DNA of 64,000 nucleotides, taken from positions 2,624,001-2,688,000 of the forward strand of contig OY776510.1 in the NCBI GenBank assembly GCA_963675665.1, given 5' to 3'. The DNA is from Spirochaetia bacterium. GTDB lineage: Bacteria; Spirochaetota; Spirochaetia; UBA9216. Shown piece by piece: positions 56,450 to 64,000 of the stretch (the stretch's first letter is position 1; the number at the start of each line of letters is the position of its first letter). Under the pieces are notes generated by a model. It was not told where the DNA came from. It was given only the letters and a program-made list of their open reading frames with translations, and made no database searches. The position numbers and the translations under genes are program-made.

Positions 56450-56797
56450 ATGATTTGCAGAAAAGGTGAGCATCGCATTGAAATAAGAGAGAATGCACGG
56501 GGCGGAAACGGAAAAGTCGAGATCAGTCATTTATTCGAACCCGAACAGACAAAAAATAAAACGCGAATGTTTTCATTTGTTACCCTGGAGCCAGGAGCCT
56601 CGCTGGGATATCATGTTCATGTGAATGAAATGGAGTATTTTTATATTCTGAAAGGAGCTGCAAAGGTCAATGACAACGGAACGGAATATACCCTTTTTCC
56701 CGGAGATACAATGTTTACGGATGAAGGCGAAGGGCATTATATGGAAGCCTGTGAAGGTGGGCCCATGGAATATCTTGCAGTAATAATAAAAAGATAA
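56450..56797 (+). CDS. Cupin domain protein
   Basis: LEPGASLGYHVH..E.EYFYILKG...GEGH. Confidence 0.88.
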   Translation: MICRKGEHRIEIRENARGGNGKVEISHLFEPEQTKNKTRMFSFVTLEPGASLGYHVHVNEMEYFYILKGAAKVNDNGTEYTLFPGDTMFTDEGEGHYMEACEGGPMEYLAVIIKR

Positions 56798-56852
56798 TTC
56801 TGCAAGTACAGGGAGGCAACTGCCGTCCGGGCTGTTGCTTCTGTTTTTCTGT

Positions 56853-58619
56853 CTATAAAGTATGGGGGCTGTTCCACACCTCAACACGGTTGCGGCCGCG
56901 TTCTTTTGCAAGATACAGAGCCTGGTCCGCATTTTTGGAAAGCTTTTTAAGACTGATTGATTCGCCGTCTCTGTTTGTGGATATGCCGATGCTGATTGTT
57001 ACGCGTATGGTTTTGTCTTTTATCTGAATATCTTTTTCTGAAAAAGCCTTTCGTATTCTGTCGGCTATACGGCGTGCTTCTTCTGCGGTTGTTTCAGGCA
57101 GCATAAGCGCAAATTCTTCGCCGCCCATGCGGGCAAAGATATCGCCCTTTCTTATACTGTTTTTAAACTCGGAAGCAACCAGTTTTAGTACAAGATCTCC
57201 GGTATCATGTCCGTATGTATCGTTAACTGCTTTGAAGAAATCAAGGTCCATAAAAAGCAGGCTGAGGGTTTTTCCGCTTTTTTCAGACTTTTCAAAGATG
57301 TTCTCCGTCAGTTCATTGAAGCGCCGCCGGTTAAAAACCTGGGTCAGTTCGTCTACATTAGCTATTCTGAAAGCGTTGGAAAAGCGGGCCGACAGAATAT
57401 AGGATTGAATAAACACAAATACAAGCATTCCGTACGGAGTAAGTGTGCTCATCGGATGAAAAGAACTTGAATATTGTCCGTACAGAATGTCATTGATGGT
57501 GGTAACCAGAACGATCGCGGTTCCAGTAACAACAAGGATTGCTCCATCCATTTTTTTTATAATTGCCTTTATCAGACCTGATAGCAGGTAAACTGCTGCA
57601 GAAACAATCAGAATCTGGGCAAAAGGTTCGGTTTTCACGTAAAATGACTGGTTGGTAACAAGCACCATGATGACGCTGATAAATCCTGTAAACAGCAGGA
57701 GTTTGATAATCCTTTTATGGTAAACGTCGGGATAAAGCGAATACAGAAAAGCAGTGAAAACCGGCATCAGAAGATAATACCCGGCGACCACAGTTCTTAC
57801 CCAGGCATCCCAACCGGCGCCCGGAAAAAGCGTGACAAAAAACATCTCGTTTGTTACAAGTACTCTTGAATCCATTATCAGGCATAAAAGACCGAAAAAA
57901 AGAGTTGAGCAATCCTCGCGTCTCAGGCTGAACAGTCCCAGATGGTACAGCCCCATAATAAGAAGGCTGCCGAAAAGAATGTAATTTAAAATAATGGTCC
58001 GCTCTCTCTGCTCATGAAGCATCGGTGCCGGGCCAAACTCAATCGCGGTGCTTAACCCGCCGCTTTTATAGCTGAAATTGGCCACTTGCAGGATTACCTC
58101 AAGCGAGTCCCTGTCCGCTCGAAAAGCGGTTACATGCGGTCTGAACATGGGAACAAAACCCTCTTTGGAATCAGAAACACTGCCGCATGAGGTTATTTCT
58201 CTGCCGTTTATCCATAGCCGGTATGCGGTAAAAATCTCCTTCATTTTGACGGCATACAGGATGTCGGTTTTGTCAATTTTAATATTAAGGCGGTAAGTTG
58301 CGCATCCGAATGCCGGAAGTGTCTTTTCATACCATTCACCGGTATTCCATGAAGAAGGAACAGTCATCATTTTTACTTCATTATTTTCACTGTTCAGAAC
58401 CGAAAAATCTTCGGAATAAAGAAGATTATTCCAGTAGAATTCCCATTCTCCGTTCAGCCTTACAGGCCCTTCAAGTTCAAAGTCATACCCCTGTAAATCC
58501 AGAACCCCGTTTTGTATATCCGAATGCGGGGCTGCGGTATTGTTAAAGCTGCAGCCGACAACAAGTAATATAACAAGAACGATAAAAGTGATTTTTAAAA
58601 GGTATCTTCCAGCCTTCAT
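56853..58619 (-). CDS. Diguanylate cyclase with 7TMR-DISM-like sensor
   Basis: LNGEWEFYW extracellular domain, about 7 TM helices, DLDFFKAVND.YGH and RMGGEEF. Confidence 0.9.
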   Translation of the reverse strand: MKAGRYLLKITFIVLVILLVVGCSFNNTAAPHSDIQNGVLDLQGYDFELEGPVRLNGEWEFYWNNLLYSEDFSVLNSENNEVKMMTVPSSWNTGEWYEKTLPAFGCATYRLNIKIDKTDILYAVKMKEIFTAYRLWINGREITSCGSVSDSKEGFVPMFRPHVTAFRADRDSLEVILQVANFSYKSGGLSTAIEFGPAPMLHEQRERTIILNYILFGSLLIMGLYHLGLFSLRREDCSTLFFGLLCLIMDSRVLVTNEMFFVTLFPGAGWDAWVRTVVAGYYLLMPVFTAFLYSLYPDVYHKRIIKLLLFTGFISVIMVLVTNQSFYVKTEPFAQILIVSAAVYLLSGLIKAIIKKMDGAILVVTGTAIVLVTTINDILYGQYSSSFHPMSTLTPYGMLVFVFIQSYILSARFSNAFRIANVDELTQVFNRRRFNELTENIFEKSEKSGKTLSLLFMDLDFFKAVNDTYGHDTGDLVLKLVASEFKNSIRKGDIFARMGGEEFALMLPETTAEEARRIADRIRKAFSEKDIQIKDKTIRVTISIGISTNRDGESISLKKLSKNADQALYLAKERGRNRVEVWNSPHTL

Positions 58620-58714
58620 GAATCCTCTATGTGTTACAATGTGTGTTAAATCAAGTATAGTAAAAATAAAAGTATTTTCAAAATTCATTTTAATAAAAAT
58701 TATACGAGAAAGGC

Positions 58715-60268
58715 TCATCGTCCGTAACGGCATATCCTGTTTCTGCCGAGTTTTTTGGCTTTGTACATTGCTGTATCTGCCTGCTGAAGGCTTTTTTCAA
58801 GAGTGTTGCCGTTACCCGGTATAAAAGAACTTATATCGAAACTGGCGGTAATGTGAATTGTATTTTTATTATGGCAAACAGGTGTTTTTTCAATAGCTTT
58901 TCTCAATCTTTCTACCGGTCCCTGGCTCTGATCGGGGGTTGTATCCCGGTAAAGCATAACAAACTCTTCTCCGCCGTATCGGGCATATAAATCTCCGGCT
59001 CTTGTGTTTTCATCTAAAAGCCGGCCTATAATTTTAAGAGCTTCATCTCCGGCACTGTGGCCGTATTTATCGTTTATGGATTTAAAATGATCAAGATCAA
59101 AAATTATTAATGAAAAAAAGCTGTTGTAGCGATTTACCCGCGACACTTCCATGGACGCCAGTTTCATAAAGTGTCGCCTGTTGAAAAGGCCTGTCAGACT
59201 GTCGAAAGAAGCAAGCTTTTCAAGTTTTCTGACATGTGAATGTAATTCGGTAATATCATGCAGAATATAGAGGACACCAAGTTTTCCATAAAAATTATGT
59301 TCTATATCAGATCTTGATGCTTTAAAAATGTGCTGAACCTGATTAACAGGCAGGCTGATCTCTGCAGTATCGTCAATATCCCTGATCTTTTCCCAGAGCC
59401 GGAACTCCAGGATTTCAAGAGGGCTTCCGTAGCTGTCTCCGTTGCACGCAGGGAAAATTGAAGATGCAGATCGGTTGCATTCCGTTAGGCGGTTTTTATT
59501 GTCCAGAACAAGAACCGCATCTTCTATGGCATTCAATACCATATTGCTTGCTATTGGGAACAGATCGAATAATTGGATTTTGAACATACCCCAAAAGAGA
59601 AGCATACCGGATAGTGTAAAAGCGATGGGTACAATATCAAGTTTGTACGGAATTATCTGTGCCAGTAACAGAACATGGGCAAAAGACGGCAAAAGCGCTG
59701 CAGTTATTAATAACATAAACTGTCCCCTGAATTTTCCCCTTGCATTTAATGTATTATAGATCATCCGCAATGTTCCGGCTGAATGTAAAATAATAAGCAG
59801 GGTGTTTGCAATCCAGAAAAGGGGAGCCCGCTGAAACTGGGTTATGGTAATCGTTGGAAGCCCGCTCAACAGGGTGATATCACTGTAAATAAGGCGGTGA
59901 ACGGGATTAGTCCAGACAAGAACAATAATGCCTGCCGGAATCAGCCATAAATAATTCAGTCCTTTATTTGTTTTTCTGTCTTTTTCCATGTTTCGGGGGT
60001 TATAGGAACATGCAAGAAAAATCCACAGCACCGGAATAGAGGACAGGCCTATATATTCAAAATTAAGACACATTATTACTGAAGCCAAATCAGGCATGTT
60101 GATTTCAAGAAGATAACCTGTTGCATAGACAGTATTGGCAAACATCAGTGCGGAATAATACCGCAGGGGGCGTGATTTTTTTCTTTTGGTATAGGCGTAA
60201 ACTGCTAATACTGTAGAGCCGGCAGCTGAAAGCAAAGTAATTATCTTAAATATTATAACAAATTGCAT
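58715..60268 (-). CDS. Diguanylate cyclase with HisKA_7TM and PAS domains
   Basis: 7TM N-terminus (TNP.H.L), PAS-like segment, DLDHFKSIND.YGH and RYGGEEF. Confidence 0.9.
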   Translation of the reverse strand: MQFVIIFKIITLLSAAGSTVLAVYAYTKRKKSRPLRYYSALMFANTVYATGYLLEINMPDLASVIMCLNFEYIGLSSIPVLWIFLACSYNPRNMEKDRKTNKGLNYLWLIPAGIIVLVWTNPVHRLIYSDITLLSGLPTITITQFQRAPLFWIANTLLIILHSAGTLRMIYNTLNARGKFRGQFMLLITAALLPSFAHVLLLAQIIPYKLDIVPIAFTLSGMLLFWGMFKIQLFDLFPIASNMVLNAIEDAVLVLDNKNRLTECNRSASSIFPACNGDSYGSPLEILEFRLWEKIRDIDDTAEISLPVNQVQHIFKASRSDIEHNFYGKLGVLYILHDITELHSHVRKLEKLASFDSLTGLFNRRHFMKLASMEVSRVNRYNSFFSLIIFDLDHFKSINDKYGHSAGDEALKIIGRLLDENTRAGDLYARYGGEEFVMLYRDTTPDQSQGPVERLRKAIEKTPVCHNKNTIHITASFDISSFIPGNGNTLEKSLQQADTAMYKAKKLGRNRICRYGR

Positions 60269-60449
60269 TAAGCACTGACCCCGACAATTAAATGAAACAA
60301 ATTATACAGCTACTACTTTATTCAATAATAAAAAAGAATACAATCAAAAAAAAGATTTTGCAGTATAAACTGCAGTAAAGAACAGTGTTATTTAGGGACA
60401 GTAACTTTTTTTACTTTACAGCAGTTGATTTCGATTTTAGTATTACGTT

Positions 60450-61427
60450 ATGAATAAAATCCTGAGAATTGTAACTCCGCTGTCAGGCGCTCTGTTCCTG
60501 CTGCTTCTCGGGTTATCTGTACGAACAATGGCAAATAATTCTCTTTTCCAAAATGACTCCGGTGAGCAGATTGAGAAAAGTAATCATTATGCTTTTTTCC
60601 TTCCGACGTCGGACTTTTCATTTTTTGAGAACATAAGATCCGGAGCGGTCGAAGCTGCAGGAAAAATGGATTGCGCCATAACCTTTTATTATATAAATTC
60701 AAATACGCTGAGCCTGAGTATGGCTCCGTATACCGGAATCGACGGTGTTGCTGTCTACCTGTACAAAGAAGATCCTGCAATCATGAAGAGCCTTATAGCC
60801 ATTGCCGACGCGAATATCCCTATTGTACAGATCGAAAACGATGTTTTAAGCAGCCCCCAATCATTTTTTATCGGCACAAACAGTTTTGATTCAGGCAAGG
60901 CGATAGGCCGACTGATAATGCGGATAAAAAAAAGCCAACTGAATGCTGCAATTGTTTACAGCGAGAAAAACCCGGGATTAATGTCCGACCGGACGCTTGT
61001 AGAGATGGGAATACAGGATACAGTTGAATACCGCAACCTGACACTGACGGCCAGGGATACAAGCCTTAATCCCCTTGATGTTGAAAAAGTCACCTATGAG
61101 CTGACCCAGCAGGACTCCCCGGTCGATTTAATAATACTCACCGATCCGAATGATACCCTGGTAACGGTGCAGGCAATTATAGACATGAACCTTGTAGGAA
61201 TTGTTCAGGTAATCGGTTTCGGCGACAATCAGGAAATTAAGGATTATATAAAGAAAGGCATTATTCTCGGCAGTATTGTCAGGCACCCCTTTGAAATAGG
61301 GCAGAATGCCGTCCTTGCTTTGAATGAAATTAATACAAGCGGGTATACATCCGCTTTTGTCGATACCGGCATCTCGGTAATCACTGAGAATTCCGACAGC
61401 ATTCTCCCGCAGGGGAACCCGAAATGA
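60450..61427 (+). CDS. Periplasmic sugar-binding sensor protein
   Basis: N-terminal TM; FIGTNSF..G, QVIGFGD, P.EIG...V, VDTG; coupled to the kinase gene. Confidence 0.8.
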   Translation: MNKILRIVTPLSGALFLLLLGLSVRTMANNSLFQNDSGEQIEKSNHYAFFLPTSDFSFFENIRSGAVEAAGKMDCAITFYYINSNTLSLSMAPYTGIDGVAVYLYKEDPAIMKSLIAIADANIPIVQIENDVLSSPQSFFIGTNSFDSGKAIGRLIMRIKKSQLNAAIVYSEKNPGLMSDRTLVEMGIQDTVEYRNLTLTARDTSLNPLDVEKVTYELTQQDSPVDLIILTDPNDTLVTVQAIIDMNLVGIVQVIGFGDNQEIKDYIKKGIILGSIVRHPFEIGQNAVLALNEINTSGYTSAFVDTGISVITENSDSILPQGNPK

Positions 61428-62908
61428 TTAAAAACTCTCTTAAATTCAAACTTGTCTATTATGTTTCAATCAGCATTTTGATACTTGCAGTTTCGTTCAG
61501 CATAATTTTGGTGATTACCATGAACATTCAGAGAATAGCCGACCAGCGTTTCGAGGATGAGCAGTTTCTGCAGGATCTTAAAGGTCAGCTGAATGAGATT
61601 CAGTCGCCGCTTCAGGATTACCTGTCCAGCTGGTCATCTTCAGCATTGTCCAGACTGCTTTTTATTACCGAAACAATGAACGAGTCGGTTCCGAAAGAGC
61701 GTCCGGTTACAAATGTAGATACTGATTTGATAAAGAGGGAAATATTTTTTCTGATAGATGCCTATCTGGTTAAAACCAACCAGATAATTGAAATGAAAAG
61801 AGGCCGCAAGGTTTCCGAGTATACTATCGCTTATGAAGAGCTCAGTCAGCTTCACACATATATCTCAAAGCGGATTGATGATGCAAGCCTTGCAGGTTTC
61901 AGGGTACAGCTGTATGAATATCGTTCATTTCTGGAACTTTTTGAAAGGATTCAGATTTTCAACCTGCTGCTCATAATTACAGCGGCGGCTTTTGTCTACT
62001 CGCTGCTGCTGCAGATGGTGAACATGATTACCAGCCCCATGTATGAGCTATCGCAGCAGGCCATACAGCTGTCGAACGGAAATTTTGAAGTTCCGGATGT
62101 GCATCTTCAGTCAGTGAACGAACTGAACCAGGTTACAAGCGCGTTTAACAATATGAAAAACAGTATCCATCACTACATAATTGAACTTAAAAACCAGAAA
62201 GAAATTGAACAGCAAATGATGGCCGAACGGTTGAGAAATATGAAAATGGAGCAGCTGCTGAAGAGAATGGAACTGTATACAATGCAGGCAAAAATGAATC
62301 CGCATTTTCTTTTTAATACGATAAACACCGGCGTTCAGCTGGCGATAGTTGAAGAGGCTGACCGGACAGCCGAGTATATGGAACACCTGGCTGCTTTGTT
62401 CAGGTTTAATATCAGGGAAACCAAATTCTTTGTTCCTCTTCGACATGAAATAGAGGGGCTGCGTTCATATTTCTATATACTGCGAATCAGGTTTCCCAAA
62501 ACGCTTAATCTTTCTCTTGAGGTTCAGGAAGAGCTGCTTGACAGGTTTAACTGCCCGGCAATGATTATTCAGCCTCTTGTCGAGAATTCCGTTCTGCATG
62601 CTTTTAAGAAGTCGGAGCAGATAGGAGAAATAAGCGTAAGCATAAAATATGAAGATCCTGTAATAATAATTTCGGTCAGGGACGACGGAATAGGAATCTC
62701 CGGGAAAATGGTAAAATCGCTGTTGATACCGCATACGCATGATTATCAGTTAAGTTCAAAGGTTATGGGCCTGGAAAATGTAATCCAGCGCTGTTATTTT
62801 TTCTATCCTGAACAGAAGGACGTTATTTCCATTAACAGCCGCCCGGGTAAGGGAACAGAAATAGTAATCCGTATTCATACCGAGGTGGAGCCGTGTATAG
62901 AGTTGTAA
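61424..62908 (+). CDS. YesM-like sensor histidine kinase
   Basis: HAMP, MNPHFLFNTIN, QPLVENSVLH, DDGIG, GLENV. Confidence 0.92.
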   Translation: MIKNSLKFKLVYYVSISILILAVSFSIILVITMNIQRIADQRFEDEQFLQDLKGQLNEIQSPLQDYLSSWSSSALSRLLFITETMNESVPKERPVTNVDTDLIKREIFFLIDAYLVKTNQIIEMKRGRKVSEYTIAYEELSQLHTYISKRIDDASLAGFRVQLYEYRSFLELFERIQIFNLLLIITAAAFVYSLLLQMVNMITSPMYELSQQAIQLSNGNFEVPDVHLQSVNELNQVTSAFNNMKNSIHHYIIELKNQKEIEQQMMAERLRNMKMEQLLKRMELYTMQAKMNPHFLFNTINTGVQLAIVEEADRTAEYMEHLAALFRFNIRETKFFVPLRHEIEGLRSYFYILRIRFPKTLNLSLEVQEELLDRFNCPAMIIQPLVENSVLHAFKKSEQIGEISVSIKYEDPVIIISVRDDGIGISGKMVKSLLIPHTHDYQLSSKVMGLENVIQRCYFFYPEQKDVISINSRPGKGTEIVIRIHTEVEPCIEL

Positions 62909-64000
62909 TAGTAGATGATGAAGAACCTGTTCTGGACAGTTTTGCTTTTATTCTTGAAAAGAATGTAGATGATTTCGAATTATGCGGTAAAGCCAGATCA
63001 GGAGCTGAAGCTATTGATTTAATCTCTGAGGTAAAACCGGACCTTGTATTTATGGATATACAGATGCCTGGAATCGACGGGATTGATGCGATTACACGTA
63101 TTCAGAAACAGTACAGGAATATAGTTTTTATCCTGGCTACCGCCTACGAACGATTTGACATAGCAAAAAAAGCGATTCCCCTTGGAGTGTTCAGTTACCT
63201 GGTAAAGCCAATTTCCAGGAAAACACTGATTCATGAACTGCGGAAGGTTAAAGTCCATCTGGACGAAATAAGAGAAAGTCACAGCAGTGAACTGCAGGAT
63301 ATCCGGTTTTATAAAAAAACCAGGGATGAAGAGCTTAACAGGTTTTTGCGCAGTTTAATCTGGAAAAATCCTTCGGAAACCGAATGGAACGATTTCAGTC
63401 ATCTTTTTTCTGTTGAAGGTGATATAGGGGCTATAATTATTGCTGACGTTCTGAATCCTCCGGAAAGCCCGATGCTGAAAGATGCCTACGCCAAACTGAC
63501 CGAACAGTTTATGTTCAAAATGCAATGCTTTTCAAGGGTTATTTCGGGACGCCTGATGCTTTTTATTCCGGCAAAAAGCGGCTCTGAGGATTTGATTTCA
63601 ACTATAGACTCGGTCTGCAGCAACATCAGGAATTATCAATACCAGTTCGGGCGGGGCAGCTTTGTGCATTTCTCCCGTCTGAACGAATCCTACATTGAGG
63701 CATTCAGACCTTTTGCCAGAGCCGACATGAATAAGAAAAGGGACACCGGTGAAAGGGCGCAGATGAAGAATCTAACACACAGTTTTCTTGCTTCAGACTG
63801 GTCGAATTTCAAGGATATGCTGGAATCATTCTGGCTCGAAGAATTCAATAATTCGGATTTTATTATTGCGAAAGGTAAGATGGTTGCGCTGTTTACCCTG
63901 CTTCTGAATGAGATAGACGAAGATTTTCTTATCTCACAGGGATTTACTGTTAATCCGGCTGAAGAGATTATGCAGCTGAAAAATGTGGAGGAGTGGCAAT
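62893..64000 (+). CDS. YesN-like response regulator (partial, runs off window)
   Basis: GTG start, MYRVVIVDDE...LVFMDIQMPGIDG...TAY..F...YLVKP. Confidence 0.9.
   Translation, partial: MYRVVIVDDEEPVLDSFAFILEKNVDDFELCGKARSGAEAIDLISEVKPDLVFMDIQMPGIDGIDAITRIQKQYRNIVFILATAYERFDIAKKAIPLGVFSYLVKPISRKTLIHELRKVKVHLDEIRESHSSELQDIRFYKKTRDEELNRFLRSLIWKNPSETEWNDFSHLFSVEGDIGAIIIADVLNPPESPMLKDAYAKLTEQFMFKMQCFSRVISGRLMLFIPAKSGSEDLISTIDSVCSNIRNYQYQFGRGSFVHFSRLNESYIEAFRPFARADMNKKRDTGERAQMKNLTHSFLASDWSNFKDMLESFWLEEFNNSDFIIAKGKMVALFTLLLNEIDEDFLISQGFTVNPAEEIMQLKNVEEWQ

Noticed and set aside
1-64000. tRNA/rRNA genes
   Set aside because: No cloverleaf or rRNA-like conserved sequence was recognised by eye; no covariance search was run.

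Overview
Bacterial chromosomal window, probably from a spirochaete; this is inferred from 'FAGGNAE'-type solute-binding-protein signal peptides and overall gene style. 1-28.5 kb is an accessory/defence region. It holds the 3' end of an IS110-like transposase, decayed Xis/integrative-element genes, several toxin-antitoxin pairs (MNT-HEPN, RHH-PIN, HipBA, RelBE), a GxxExxY nuclease, and a type I R-M operon (hsdM-abi-hsdS-FRG-hsdR, with hsdR frameshifted). It also carries a HelD-like helicase-nuclease, AAA and GHKL ATPases, and many gene relics. 28.8-64 kb is mostly metabolic: an S1-like protein, nitroreductase, a CoA-activase, two sugar/sugar-phosphate ABC operons, two diguanylate cyclases and a YesM/YesN-like two-component system. 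The most striking feature is a secreted serpin (30625-32286) with a 157-aa intein-like Hint domain inserted in its reactive centre loop; the junctions are GG|C and HN|K. Also notable are a modular, nested family of 'CACGGA' intergenic repeats (5 copies), an FRG protein carrying a copy of the HsdR C-terminal domain, and a promoter plus structured RNA upstream of the Abi gene. All family assignments come from motif recognition by eye; no database search was run.
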